Assembly: GCA_041937175.2 (NCBI GenBank) | Contig: CP166615.1 | Location: forward strand, 4,384,001 to 4,448,000 | Source: Limnothrix sp. BL-A-16 | GTDB lineage: Bacteria > Cyanobacteriota > Cyanobacteriia > CACIAM-69d | Reading direction: 5' to 3' | DNA length: 64,000 nt | In this document: positions 1 through 11,246 of the stretch, piece by piece | Numbering within the stretch: position 1 is the first letter of the stretch | Layout: the number at the start of each line of letters is the position of its first letter | Notes under the pieces: model-generated | What the model was told of the DNA's origin: nothing | The model's input: only the letters and a program-made list of their open reading frames with translations | The model's database searches: none | Position numbers and translations under genes: made by a program

Positions 1-1020
1 GTGGTCAATCCCCAAGGAGATGTGACCCTCCGCACGGTGTCTGTGGCGGGCGACTCGGCCGAAGCCACCCTGGCCACCCAAATTCAAGAGCTGCGGCGAA
101 CCCTGCCCCAAGGGCAACTGTTGGCGGCAGAGTTGCGCCGTCAACTGAACGGGTTGCATCGGCAATTGATCGCCCCGATCGCGGACTTGTTGCCCACGGA
201 TCCCCAGGAACCGGTGGCGATCGTGCCCCAGGGGCTGCTGTTTTTAGTGCCCTTTGCCGCCCTGCAAGCGGACGATGGGCAGATGCTCATCGATCGCCAC
301 AGTTTGTTCCTCACCCCCGCGATTGATGTGTTGCGGTTGCAATTTGCGGAAAATCCGCCCGATCGCCCCCTAGTTTCCGATGTGGTGGTGGGGATCGATC
401 GCGCGGCCCTGGTGGTGGGCAATCCGGTGATGCCCGCCGTGCCCCCCGTTTGGGGAGCGGCCCCCAGCCCCCTGAGCAACTTACCCGGAGCCGAATCGGA
501 AGCGCGCCAAGTGGCCCAACTGCTTCAGGTCAAGCCGCTGTTGGGGGCCCAGGCCACCAAGGGCGAGATTCTGAATCGAATTACCCAGGCGCGTCGAATT
601 CACCTAGCCACCCATGGGTTATTAGATGACTTGGGTAATTCGGGAATGCCGGGGGCGATTGCCCTTGCACCGGCTGCCGGTGATGACGGCCTGCTCAGTG
701 CCGGTGAAATTATGGAATTGCGGTTGGCGGCGGAGCTGGTGGTGCTCAGTGCCTGTGATACGGGTCGCGGCCGGATTACCGGTGATGGGGTGTTGGGGTT
801 GTCCCGTTCTTTCTTGGCGGCGGGAGCCGATCGGGTGGTGGTGACCCTTTGGAAAATTCCTGATCAACCCACCGCGATCCTGATGGGCTATTTTTACGCA
901 GCCCTTCAGCAGGGTCGTTCGCCCGTGGCGGCCCTGCGCCAAGCCATGATCCAAACCCGCGATCGCTACCCCAACCCGTTCCAGTGGGCTGCTTTCACGG
1001 CCGTGGGTCGGCCCGACTGA
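1..1020 (+). CDS. CHAT (caspase HetF-associated) domain protein, C-terminal part; 5' end outside window
   Basis: Motifs IVPQGLLFLVPFAAL, IHLATHG (catalytic His), LVVLSACDTG (catalytic Cys), TLWKIPD and the C-terminal PFQWAAF. The frame is open at position 1. Confidence 0.9.
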   Translation: MVNPQGDVTLRTVSVAGDSAEATLATQIQELRRTLPQGQLLAAELRRQLNGLHRQLIAPIADLLPTDPQEPVAIVPQGLLFLVPFAALQADDGQMLIDRHSLFLTPAIDVLRLQFAENPPDRPLVSDVVVGIDRAALVVGNPVMPAVPPVWGAAPSPLSNLPGAESEARQVAQLLQVKPLLGAQATKGEILNRITQARRIHLATHGLLDDLGNSGMPGAIALAPAAGDDGLLSAGEIMELRLAAELVVLSACDTGRGRITGDGVLGLSRSFLAAGADRVVVTLWKIPDQPTAILMGYFYAALQQGRSPVAALRQAMIQTRDRYPNPFQWAAFTAVGRPD

Positions 1021-1040
1021 GGATTGAGAATGGGCCCGCC

Positions 1041-4000
1041 CTAGCCTTCCAGGTTGAGATTGACCGAGAAGGTCAACACCGTTTCATCAACGCCCTTCAG
1101 TTCCAGGGGCCCCACTTTTTCGATGTCATTTTCATCCAAATAGTCCGCCACGGCCGCCGACACCAAAACCGTGCCCGGCCGGGCCGCCTGCTGAATTCGG
1201 GAAGCGATGTTCACGCAGGGGCCAATGGCCGTGTAGTCCGATCGCTCCGCACTGCCGAACATGCCCACCACGGCCGTGCCCTGATGAATGCCGCAGCGGA
1301 ACCGGACGGGGGGAATGGCCTGCTCGCCCCAAACCTGGTTCAGTTGGTGCAGTCGTTCGGACATTTGACGCGCGGTGCGCACGGCCCGCTGTACCTGCTC
1401 GTTGGGGGTGGCTTCCTCGGGCGCACCGAACAGCACCAAAATCGCATCGCCCATGAACTTGTCGATCGTGCCGCCGTTGGCAAAGGCAATGTGGGTCATT
1501 TCCGACAGGTATTCATTCAGCAACTCGGCCACCTTGCGCGATCGCACCGTGTTCGAGAGCTGCGTGAAGCCCACAATATCGCTGAACAGCACCGTAATCA
1601 GCCGAGGCTCCGGTTGCAGATCCAACATCAACTCGCCCGCGGCCGCCTTGGTAACCAATGATCCCGGCAAAAAGCGCCGCAACACCGATTCGGTCAGGTA
1701 GGCGTTGAGTTCCGAAACCTTGCGCTCATTGGCCTTCAAGGCGATCAGATTATGGACTTCCGCCAACAATTCCCGATCGTCAAAGGGCTTGGCCAGATAA
1801 GCATCTGCGCCAATTTCCACCCCTTCAACCCGGGTGTCGGCATCGGCTTTGGCCGTCAACAAGATAATGGGCGTGCCTTGGAGGGCTTTGTCTTGGCGGA
1901 CTTGCCGAATTAGGTCTAACCCGGAAACCCCCGGCATCATCAGATCGGTCAGGATCAGATGGGGCTGGTATTGTTCGGCGGCGGCGATCCCTTCGGCTCC
2001 GTTGCGGGCCACAATCACCCCGTATTGATTCCGGCGCAAAATGCTGCTGACATAGCTCCGCAGGTCGGGGTTGTCGTCCACCACCAGCACCAACGGTCGA
2101 TCGCCCAAGTCCTGCGGTTCTGGATCCGGCAAGGGATCGTTGGCGTGGGTGGCGGCATCATGCTCCAGCAATTCGGCGGCCAGGTCTGCCAGCTCGATCG
2201 CGGCGCGGCTGCCTTCGATCGCCACCGGTTGCTCGATCGTTCGATCGGGCGGCAAGTGGGTGGAACCCCGGTCTAACCAAACGGAGAACGTTGCCCCCTG
2301 GCCATAGTCCGACTCCACCGTCACCCGCCCGCCATGGAGTTCCACCAACTCCTTCACCAGGGCCAGGCCCAGACCCGTGCCCTCGTAACCCCGACTCACG
2401 GAACCTTCGGCCTGGCGGAACCGTTCAAAGAGGTGGGGAATTTGGTCGGCCCGAATCCCGATCCCCGTGTCGCTCACTTGCAGCAGATAATGCTGCCCCG
2501 TGGCTTCCACCGTGACCGTGATTGTTCCGCCGCGCGGCGTGAACTTCATGGCATTGGAGAGCAGGTTATAGAGCACCTTATCGAAGCGCTCGCTGTCCAA
2601 ATAGGTATCGGGACAAGGGGTGAGGTTGGCCACCAGGGCGATCCCCTTGCGATCGCAGTAGGGGCGGAAGGATTCCAAAATGTAGCGGGCAAACTCCGCC
2701 AAATCGCAGGGGCGGAAGGTGGGCTGCATTCGGCCCGCATCCACCCGCTGCAAGTCCAGCAGTTGATTCACCAACCGCAACAGCCGCCGCGAGTTCCGTA
2801 GGGCCACATCGGCCTGCTCGTAGGGCAAGCCTTGTTTTTGATTCACCGCCGCTTCCAGGGGCCCGATCATCAGGGTCAGGGGCGTGCGGAACTCGTGGGA
2901 GATGTTTTGGAAAAATTCGGTCTTTTGCCGATCGAGTGCCAGCAGTTGTTCCGCCTGTTGGCGAGTGGTTTGGTATAGGCGCGACTGTTGCACCGCGATC
3001 GCCGCTTGGACGGCCACCGCCTGCACCAGCTTGATTTCCGTCCGTTTCCAGGGGCGGGGGCTGGCCTGGCGCAGGGAAATGCTGCCGATGATGTTCCCTT
3101 CTGAGAGCAGGGGAACCACCAACAGGGCCCGGGCCTGCTGCTTCAGGGGCAAGCTGGCGGAGAGGCTGCTTTCGTGCAGATCATCAAGGGCGATCGGCTG
3201 TTGGGTGTCGATCAGTTGTTGCAGAACGGGGTTGCTGACGATCGGGGCGATCGAGCGGGGCAGGGGTTCATGTTGCCGGGCCGCCGCCACCGGATCCACC
3301 TGCTGGGGACTCCAGGACCAATCGTGATGATCGCCGCCCAAGGGCGAGGCCTCATCAAACCCCACACACTGCACATACTCATCGTCCTTGGTCCAAAGGG
3401 AGAGGGCGCAACCGTCGGACTTCAGGGCCTGGCGTAGCTGCTGGGTGATGGTGGCAAAGATGGTTTTCGGCTCCAGGCTCGATCGAATGGCCGTGGCGAT
3501 CGCGTTCACCAGGGCTTCGCGATCGGCCAGGGCCCGCACCCGATCGTAGGCCCGCGCCTGGGCCAGGGCCAAAGCCGCCTGATCCGCCACGGCCACGGCC
3601 AATTGCAGATCTTCCTCGCTCCAGGGCTGCACCGTTTCGCAGCGATGGAGGGCCATGACCGCCAGGGCTTCCCCGCGATAGACCATGGGCACGATCGCGC
3701 TTGATCGAATGCCCAACCGCTCAAAGGCCGATTGCCGCCCTTGCCAAACCGGTTCCGGAGTTTGCAGCCGCTGATCCGTGGCCGCATCGTCCACCGACGT
3801 GGCCGACTCCACCAGCCAAACCGTTTCCCGCAAACTTTCAAAAATCGTTTCGATCGACTGCTGCGTCACCACCGTGGGATCGCTCGACCAATGGACAAAC
3901 TGTTCATGGGTCAGGTGGCCATCTTCCACGGGCCGCAACAAACAGCAGTTTGACTGCAAGGCCTGGCCCACCGCCTCCACGATCGTTTGCAGCATTGTGC

Positions 4001-4568
4001 GCGAGTCCAGGACACTGCGCACCGTGGTGGAGACCTCGTTCAGCAACGACTCCCGCCGCAGGGCCTGGCGCAACTCCCAAGTGCGCGATCGCAACACATT
4101 GTGGGTTTCCACCGCCTTGCGCACCGAGGCTTTCAAATCCTCGTCGTCCCAAGGCTTCGTCACATACTTGAACACCTTGCCGGAGTTGATGGCCTCCACC
4201 AGGTCATCCACATCCGTGTAGCCGGTGACAATAATCCGCATCACGTCCGGATATTGCTCGGCCGTCAAACTCAAAAATTCCGTCCCACTCATCAGCGGCA
4301 TTCGCTGATCCGAGATGATGACGGCCACGTTGGGATCTTTGGCTAAGATGTCCAGGGCTTCTGGGCCATTGTTGGCCCGCAAAACCTGGAACTCTCGATG
4401 CAGCGTTCGGTAGAGCAAATCGAGAATATCGGCTTCGTCGTCAATGACCAGAACTGTGGGCTTGGTCATCATGGGGCTTGCCCCCCAGCCCCGATCGGGT
4501 TGCAACCCAGGCTGTGGTGCTGGAGAAACTGCGGGCCAAGTTGCCGTTGGGAGTGAAGAAGCATCCAT
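1041..4568 (-). CDS. cyaC: Hybrid adenylate cyclase: REC-GAF-GAF-HisKA-HATPase-REC-class III cyclase
   Basis: REC (VLVIDDE...ISDQRMP...KPW), two GAF domains, H-box ISHEFRTPLT, NLLSNAMKF, DTGIGI, GTGLGL, second REC (LTDLMMP), cyclase motifs LFSDIVGFT, DKFMGDA and VNIASRIQ. This matches the cyanobacterial CyaC layout. Start uncertain: ATG 4568 or 4472; the track extends to 4637. Confidence 0.9.
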   Translation of the reverse strand: MDASSLPTATWPAVSPAPQPGLQPDRGWGASPMMTKPTVLVIDDEADILDLLYRTLHREFQVLRANNGPEALDILAKDPNVAVIISDQRMPLMSGTEFLSLTAEQYPDVMRIIVTGYTDVDDLVEAINSGKVFKYVTKPWDDEDLKASVRKAVETHNVLRSRTWELRQALRRESLLNEVSTTVRSVLDSRTMLQTIVEAVGQALQSNCCLLRPVEDGHLTHEQFVHWSSDPTVVTQQSIETIFESLRETVWLVESATSVDDAATDQRLQTPEPVWQGRQSAFERLGIRSSAIVPMVYRGEALAVMALHRCETVQPWSEEDLQLAVAVADQAALALAQARAYDRVRALADREALVNAIATAIRSSLEPKTIFATITQQLRQALKSDGCALSLWTKDDEYVQCVGFDEASPLGGDHHDWSWSPQQVDPVAAARQHEPLPRSIAPIVSNPVLQQLIDTQQPIALDDLHESSLSASLPLKQQARALLVVPLLSEGNIIGSISLRQASPRPWKRTEIKLVQAVAVQAAIAVQQSRLYQTTRQQAEQLLALDRQKTEFFQNISHEFRTPLTLMIGPLEAAVNQKQGLPYEQADVALRNSRRLLRLVNQLLDLQRVDAGRMQPTFRPCDLAEFARYILESFRPYCDRKGIALVANLTPCPDTYLDSERFDKVLYNLLSNAMKFTPRGGTITVTVEATGQHYLLQVSDTGIGIRADQIPHLFERFRQAEGSVSRGYEGTGLGLALVKELVELHGGRVTVESDYGQGATFSVWLDRGSTHLPPDRTIEQPVAIEGSRAAIELADLAAELLEHDAATHANDPLPDPEPQDLGDRPLVLVVDDNPDLRSYVSSILRRNQYGVIVARNGAEGIAAAEQYQPHLILTDLMMPGVSGLDLIRQVRQDKALQGTPIILLTAKADADTRVEGVEIGADAYLAKPFDDRELLAEVHNLIALKANERKVSELNAYLTESVLRRFLPGSLVTKAAAGELMLDLQPEPRLITVLFSDIVGFTQLSNTVRSRKVAELLNEYLSEMTHIAFANGGTIDKFMGDAILVLFGAPEEATPNEQVQRAVRTARQMSERLHQLNQVWGEQAIPPVRFRCGIHQGTAVVGMFGSAERSDYTAIGPCVNIASRIQQAARPGTVLVSAAVADYLDENDIEKVGPLELKGVDETVLTFSVNLNLEG

Positions 4569-5085
4569 TGTGGGAGCAAAGAGCCGGCCATAGCGCCCTA
4601 GCGCGGGATGATGGGGAGTTGAAATGCCAAAGGGCAACGAACAACTGGTCGATCGCTTCAGCCAACGAATGGTAAGGGTTTAGGGCATTGGCGACTGCGA
4701 ATTTTCAGAACAGGTTACCCAGGGACTGATGCCGGATGGAGTAGGACTCAGACCACCGATCAGGCCCTTGGCGAATTTTGATGACCTATTGTAGTTCGGA
4801 GCGCCGCTGACTGGCTTCCTTCCCACTCGGCCTCGATCGGCTTTGTTCCGTTACCCAGTAAGGACTCAATGTTCCTTACGCCCTTTGCGGAACGAACTCC
4901 GGATGCGACTGTGGGAGGTTCACCGGGCGCAGGGAGATGGTGAGTCCCGATCGCCCTTCAAAAGTCCCCGAAAACAGCCCTTAACCCCCACTGATCCGAA
5001 AGTTACGCCGGAATGCACCCTAAATTCTCAAGCTTTGAACCATCTTGCAAGGGGTTGGCTCCCATGGGGCCCCGGGTCGATCGCC

Positions 5086-6897
5086 CTATTCCCGATCGAT
5101 TTTTAACACGGCCATGAACGCCGACTGGGGCACATCCACCGTGCCGATCGCCTTCATCCGCTTTTTCCCTTCCGCTTGCTTCTTCAGCAATTTCTTCTTC
5201 CGGGAAATATCACCGCCATAGCACTTGGCCAACACATCCTTGCGCAGGGCAGGGATCGCTTCACTGGCCACGACCCGTGAGCCGATCGTAGCTTGAATCG
5301 GCACTTTGAACTGATGGCGCGGGATCAGCTCCTTCAGCTTTTCCACCAGGGCCCGGCCCACGTAGTAGGCCTTATCCCGGTGGACGATCGCGGAGAGGGA
5401 ATCCACCCGATCGCCATTAATCAGCACATCCAGCCGCACCAGCGGATTTTCCCGGTAGCCAATCAGCGAATATTCCATGCTGGCATAACCGCGCGATCGG
5501 GACTTCATTTGATCAAAAAAGTCTGTTACTACCTCCGCCAGTGGAATTTCATAGATCAACGTTGTCCGGCCCTGGGTCAGGTAGCGCATATCCACAAACA
5601 CCCCGCGCCGCGTTTGCGATAGCTCCATCAACGTCCCGACAAAGCTTTCGGGCGTGATCATCTCCACCTTTACGTAGGGTTCTTCGATGGTTTCGCGGTA
5701 TTGCGGTTCCGGCAGCTCGCTGGGATTGTCAATCATCACCACCTCACCATCAATCTTGGTGACGCGGTAAACCACCGAAGGCGCGGTGGCGATCAAGTCC
5801 AGGTTATATTCCCGCTCCAGCCGCTCTTGCACAATTTCCATGTGCAGCAGCCCCAGGAAGCCACAGCGGAAGCCAAACCCCATGGCGCTGGAGGTTTCTG
5901 GCTCGTAGCTGAGGGCCGCATCGTTCAAACGCAGGCGATCGAGCGCTTCCCGCAGTTCCCCAAACTGGTCGGAATCCGTCGGAAACAGCCCACAAAACAC
6001 CATCGGCTTGGCTTCCGTGTAGCCGGGCCAAGGTTCCGTCGCCGGTTTGCTGACCAGGGTGATCGTGTCGCCGACCCGCGCATCGCCCACGGCCTTAATC
6101 GAAGCGGCCAGGTAGCCCACTTCGCCCGCGTGCAGCTCACCGATCGGGCATTGATTCGGGGCCAACACGCCCAATTCATCAATTTCGTACTCTTTCCCGG
6201 AGGCCATTAGGCGCACCTTGTCGCCTTTTTTCACCCGGCCATCCATGACGCGGAAATACACAATCACACCCCGATAGCTGTCGTAATAGCTATCAAAAAT
6301 CAACGCCCGCAGGGGTTTGTCTACGGTGTCCGCTGGCGGGGGCACTTTTTGGACGATCGCTTCCAAAATCTCGCGGATGCCGATCCCTTCCTTGGCTGAA
6401 GCGTGAATCGCATCGCTGCAATCGAGGCCGATCGTGTCTTCAATTTCGCCGGCCACCCGATCGGGTTCTGCGCCGGGCAGGTCGATCTTGTTCAAGACCG
6501 GCACAATTTCCAAGTTATTTTCCAAGGCCAAATAAACGTTGGCCAAGGTTTGGGCTTCCACCCCCTGGGACGCATCCACCACCAGCAGGGCCCCTTCGCA
6601 AGCGGCCAAGCTGCGGGACACTTCATAGGAAAAGTCCACGTGACCGGGTGTATCAATCAGGTTGATCACGTAGTCGTTGCCGTCTTTGGCCCGGTAATTC
6701 ATCCGCGCCGCTTGCAATTTGATGGTGATTCCCCGTTCCCGTTCTAGTTCCATGTTGTCGAGGAACTGTTCTTTCATGTCGCGCGCGGCCACTGTGCCCG
6801 TATCTTGCAGCAGGCGATCGGCCAGGGTCGATTTACCGTGGTCGATGTGCGCCACGATCGAGAAGTTACGGATGCGCGAAACGGGAACGTCGGTCAT
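5086..6897 (-). CDS. lepA: Translation elongation factor 4 (LepA), 603 aa
   Basis: [58 protein letters not shown]. The real start is [11 protein letters not shown] (ATG at 6897). The track extension to 7266 runs through the CRISPR leader. Confidence 0.97.
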   Translation of the reverse strand: MTDVPVSRIRNFSIVAHIDHGKSTLADRLLQDTGTVAARDMKEQFLDNMELERERGITIKLQAARMNYRAKDGNDYVINLIDTPGHVDFSYEVSRSLAACEGALLVVDASQGVEAQTLANVYLALENNLEIVPVLNKIDLPGAEPDRVAGEIEDTIGLDCSDAIHASAKEGIGIREILEAIVQKVPPPADTVDKPLRALIFDSYYDSYRGVIVYFRVMDGRVKKGDKVRLMASGKEYEIDELGVLAPNQCPIGELHAGEVGYLAASIKAVGDARVGDTITLVSKPATEPWPGYTEAKPMVFCGLFPTDSDQFGELREALDRLRLNDAALSYEPETSSAMGFGFRCGFLGLLHMEIVQERLEREYNLDLIATAPSVVYRVTKIDGEVVMIDNPSELPEPQYRETIEEPYVKVEMITPESFVGTLMELSQTRRGVFVDMRYLTQGRTTLIYEIPLAEVVTDFFDQMKSRSRGYASMEYSLIGYRENPLVRLDVLINGDRVDSLSAIVHRDKAYYVGRALVEKLKELIPRHQFKVPIQATIGSRVVASEAIPALRKDVLAKCYGGDISRKKKLLKKQAEGKKRMKAIGTVDVPQSAFMAVLKIDRE

Positions 6898-7099
6898 AGG
6901 AGCGGAACGGTAGGGCAAACGGGGAAAGGAAGCCAACCGCATTGTAACGAATTCCATAGCGCCTAATTCGCCTGGGTGCTCTGGATTGTTTGGGGCCAAT
7001 GGGGCGATCGCCTTTTGGGGATGGGTTGCGATCGGGTGGGGGCGTTGCCCAAAAACAAGCACCTGGGGCGGGGGCGGCGGGGCGAGGGTCTGCAAGGGC

Positions 7100-7302
7100 G
7101 AAAAGGCTGATGGGGGCTTGGTTTGGTGATTTTTGGGGGATTTGGAGATGCTTGTAAGTGGCTGAAAGGGAGATGGGGCAAGGGTTGGGCGATCGGCAAA
7201 CGGTCGATCGGGGGTGATTTTTTGGCAGATGCGGGGTGATCGGCTAAGATGCTTGTAAGGTTCCATTTCGGCGCTTGTCCCGTAAGGGTTTCAGGCGGCG
7301 GG
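7100..7302 (+). promoter_or_regulatory. Putative CRISPR leader, divergent from lepA
   Basis: Non-coding stretch directly before repeat 1, ending ...cccgtaagggtttcaggcggcggg, which resembles cyanobacterial leaders. A terminator lies at the opposite array end. Left boundary approximate. Confidence 0.6.
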
Positions 7303-10165
7303 GTGATCAAACCTCTGATGCCGTAAGGCGTTGAGCACCCCATCCTGGTCAACACCGCTCGCGAAGTGGACACCGGTGATCAAACCTCTGATGCCGTAAG
7401 GCGTTGAGCACTAAAAGTGCCAAAAGAGTACGTGCAATCGATTAAGTGATCAAACCTCTGATGCCGTAAGGCGTTGAGCACTAAAATTCCCGGCGTGGCT
7501 ATCAGCAACTCACAACCGTGATCAAACCTCTGATGCCGTAAGGCGTTGAGCACGTTAGTTGGGGTTGTCGGGTTGCGTGAGTTGCATCGGTGATCAAACC
7601 TCTGATGCCGTAAGGCGTTGAGCACCTGCACCCGATCGTCCTCCAACCCAAACCGCAAGGCGTGATCAAACCTCTGATGCCGTAAGGCGTTGAGCACCTG
7701 ATCAACGATTCCACGGGCGCGTTGGGGTCAGCCTTGTGATCAAACCTCTGATGCCGTAAGGCGTTGAGCACCGTCGCCAAATTGAGATCGCTGTGCGGGC
7801 CCTCCAGCGGGTGATCAAACCTCTGATGCCGTAAGGCGTTGAGCACCAAGACTCGATCAAATCAAGACGGGTATCAAGTCCAGTGATCAAACCTCTGATG
7901 CCGTAAGGCGTTGAGCACGGGCGGCTGGGCGATCGGGAAGTGGTTGGGATTTATGTGATCAAACCTCTGATGCCGTAAGGCGTTGAGCACACTTTGATCC
8001 TTTTGGGTGAGACTGAAGCGGCCCCTTGTGATCAAACCTCTGATGCCGTAAGGCGTTGAGCACGCAAACAAGGGCGGGCGATCCAAGAAAGGTTGTGAGT
8101 GTGATCAAACCTCTGATGCCGTAAGGCGTTGAGCACCAATTGCTCAACCATCTGCTTTTCCCAGTCCTGCCGTGATCAAACCTCTGATGCCGTAAGGCGT
8201 TGAGCACACCGACCACGGAAGGCCCGATCGCAAAACTTCACGAGTGATCAAACCTCTGATGCCGTAAGGCGTTGAGCACTTCTCAGGGGGACGGTTTGAT
8301 CAATTGACCTAGCGCAGTGATCAAACCTCTGATGCCGTAAGGCGTTGAGCACCTCATTTGCCTGGAAACATTTAGAGTTTTGCGAGAATTTGTGATCAAA
8401 CCTCTGATGCCGTAAGGCGTTGAGCACGCGACACGGTGCGAATCACCAACGGGCAGACCACGTGATCAAACCTCTGATGCCGTAAGGCGTTGAGCACATG
8501 ATCCGCCGCTTGCGCTCTTGAGGTACACCAAGTGATCAAACCTCTGATGCCGTAAGGCGTTGAGCACTGCCCAAGGTCGAGGGCGGAGCCTACGGACTGC
8601 CGCCGGTGATCAAACCTCTGATGCCGTAAGGCGTTGAGCACCTCCCAATAAGTGGGAGCGTCTTGCTTTCTGAGGATCGTGATCAAACCTCTGATGCCGT
8701 AAGGCGTTGAGCACTGAGCTGAAACCCTTTAGCTGTAAGGACTCTAGGGTGATCAAACCTCTGATGCCGTAAGGCGTTGAGCACTTCGGGCGTTAAACTT
8801 TCCCCGATCGGCTTGGGTTCGTGATCAAACCTCTGATGCCGTAAGGCGTTGAGCACTAACTAATCACTCAACCTTAGATCGGCGGGACTCAGCGTGATCA
8901 AACCTCTGATGCCGTAAGGCGTTGAGCACTCAATAGGTGATGCAAACAAAAATAACTTGTATCTCGGTGATCAAACCTCTGATGCCGTAAGGCGTTGAGC
9001 ACCGTCCCTCCTGGAGGAATCTGGGCTGAAAAATCGGCTGTGATCAAACCTCTGATGCCGTAAGGCGTTGAGCACCCCCAAGTAGGGGTTCCGCCAACAA
9101 TTTGGAGCGCCTGGTGATCAAACCTCTGATGCCGTAAGGCGTTGAGCACCTTTGAACCGGCTTCAGTTCGAGCGGAATCAGATCCGCCGTGATCAAACCT
9201 CTGATGCCGTAAGGCGTTGAGCACATGCCCGCGTCCTCCTTAACGGTCAGCCCCCTGGCTTGTGATCAAACCTCTGATGCCGTAAGGCGTTGAGCACGCA
9301 GCATTCGCGATGTGCTAGGCGATTTCTACCGAAGTGATCAAACCTCTGATGCCGTAAGGCGTTGAGCACGTCGTTTTTTCCTTCGGAAAAATTTTCTGCA
9401 ACTGGGGTGATCAAACCTCTGATGCCGTAAGGCGTTGAGCACACAGAATTAAGGTCGTCAACGAAACTCCAGACCGTGATCAAACCTCTGATGCCGTAAG
9501 GCGTTGAGCACACTTTCTTTCGCAATAATCCAGACTACGACAGTTTGGAGTGATCAAACCTCTGATGCCGTAAGGCGTTGAGCACCCCAAAGCATCTGGT
9601 CGGTCACAGCATCCCAGCCGATCGTGATCAAACCTCTGATGCCGTAAGGCGTTGAGCACGGGATAAAGTTCATGAATTGGGAACCCCCCGGTAACTGTGA
9701 TCAAACCTCTGATGCCGTAAGGCGTTGAGCACATCTAACCCAGTAACTAACTAAGTAAGGCAGTTAGTGATCAAACCTCTGATGCCGTAAGGCGTTGAGC
9801 ACTCTACTACCTGGACAACAGGCGAGATCCCTACCCTCAGTGATCAAACCTCTGATGCCGTAAGGCGTTGAGCACTGGTCATCGATCTGAAAGCTGACCA
9901 CGTATCCCGCGTGTGATCAAACCTCTGATGCCGTAAGGCGTTGAGCACAACCAAGGCATCCTCGGGCAAGCACCGCCGAATGTTGGTGATCAAACCTCTG
10001 ATGCCGTAAGGCGTTGAGCACATTTTGTCCGTGGCTGCGGTGGCGAGGGCCACCGTGTGATCAAACCTCTGATGCCGTAAGGCGTTGAGCACCCTCCGTC
10101 CGCCGAAGACTACGAGCGCCGAATGGCTGGTGATCAAACCTCTGATGCCGTAAGGCGTTGAGCAC
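7303..10165 (+). CRISPR. CRISPR array: 40 repeats of GTGATCAAACCTCTGATGCCGTAAGGCGTTGAGCAC (36 bp) and 39 spacers of ~33-39 bp; type I-B (cyanobacterial/MYXAN-like) repeat
   Basis: Repeats counted by eye from 7303 to 10130, apparently all identical. There is an internal hairpin GATGCC-GTAA-GGCGTT (two G-U pairs) and a 3' end TTGAGCAC, as in cyanobacterial I-B repeats. No cas genes are adjacent. Confidence 0.97.
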
Positions 10166-10210
10166 ATCGCCAGCACAGCAAAACACTCGTTCCAGTCCTG
10201 TTCCAATCCC

Positions 10211-10254
10211 GTGAGGTGGTGAGTCTGTCATCAGATTCGCCACCTCACCTTTTT
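10211..10254 (+). terminator. Rho-independent terminator at the array trailer
   Basis: GTGAGGTGGTGAGTCTG-tcat-CAGATTCGCCACCTCAC-cTTTTT: a 17-bp stem whose two mismatches are G-U pairs on the + strand, followed by a T tract. Confidence 0.8.
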
Positions 10255-10923
10255 AATTGCCTCCACCTCCTTCAAATCCTTTTGCATCAGTAGAAACCCG
10301 TACTCCCCAAAATCGGAGCTTTAACCCGCCGATTCATACCTGGCTTACTCTCCGCCGCTCTCCGCCTCCGCTTCGTCACCCCCCGATCGCCTGTGATCTG
10401 TCACCACGTCACCAATTGATTCAGAAAACGCCCATCTTTCGCGTTCATTAGAGAGCGGAAATCAGCCGAAAGATAATCTTTGCATTTTTGTCTATTCCTC
10501 AATTCTGAAGCCTATTCCGTAACCTTCATCTGGAAAGCCTTGTCCCAATCGATCGACGGCGGTTGGCTGTCTCTTGGGTTTAATGAAACTAATTAGGAAA
10601 GCTTGCGACAATCATAGGTTGCTGAAATATTTGATTGCTTTGCATTCATATTGTTTTTATGTGCTTAACGATACCTAAAGGCAGGAAAATCGAGATTTTT
10701 CAAGTATAAAAACATTCATCAAACGCTAAGAACGATCAAATGTGCAAAGACTGAAAAATTGTATATTTGAATACGGTTTAAGATAAAATTAAAGAATTTC
10801 AAAAACTTGTAAAAAAATAATTCATGGTGACTTTTCCAAAAAAATTGGAGTACACTACCTGGGGAGTGCAGGCGTGCAAATACAGAGCGTCGCCGACCGT
10901 TAGCAACGTAAACAGTGACAGTC

Positions 10924-11130
10924 ATGGGAAATAGCACAAAGTCCTCGAAATTTCCGATTGTTATTGAAATGGAGCCACAGGCAAACTCTGACATCGAAGA
11001 ATTGGTGAACTCCGGCAAAGGTCTCATTTGTGACAACGTGTCCGTTGCCCTAGAACAACTGAAAGCCCAAGGAATTTTGCCCGAAAGCGTCATCCCCGTA
11101 TTTGTTGTTGTTGCATCCTCCGACGACTAG
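10924..11130 (+). CDS. Small 68-aa protein, paralogous to the C-terminal domain of the LamG protein at 13212
   Basis: FPIVIEME...IEELVNSGKGLICDNV...LKAQG...PVFVVV aligns with FPIIVELE...FEELLTKGNGVIYNGV...MREQG...PVFVII. The internal homology supports it being coding. ATG 10924; the track starts at GTG 10915. Confidence 0.75.
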   Translation: MGNSTKSSKFPIVIEMEPQANSDIEELVNSGKGLICDNVSVALEQLKAQGILPESVIPVFVVVASSDD

Positions 11131-11246
11131 TGAAGAACTGATGTGCAATCATCCCCAAAGGCCGCTGAGCTGAAGCTTGAGCTGAAGTTTTGGGGACAGA
11201 TTTCGCAAGTGTCCGATCGTCCCGTGTAAGCATCAGCACAAATTTA

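Noticed and set aside
1..1020. CHAT protease as a CRISPR-associated (type III-E Csx29-like) effector
   Set aside because: It is separated from the array by cyaC and lepA, the repeat is I-B-like, and CHAT proteins are common in cyanobacteria.
4843..5106. 87-aa plus-strand ORF between cyaC and lepA
   Set aside because: TTG start, no motif, and it overlaps the lepA 3' end; probably the cyaC upstream region.
6898..7266. 123-aa N-terminal extension of LepA in the ORF track
   Set aside because: It is a Pro-rich read-through of the CRISPR leader; conserved LepA starts at 6897.
7380..10243. Many minus-strand ORFs with repeating VLNALRHQRFDH / CSTPYGIRGLIT peptides
   Set aside because: They are translations of the CRISPR repeat, not repeat proteins or RiPP precursors.
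10719..11093. 124-aa minus-strand ORF
   Set aside because: It overlaps the plus-strand 68-aa gene, which is supported by internal paralogy, and runs into AT-rich promoter-like DNA.
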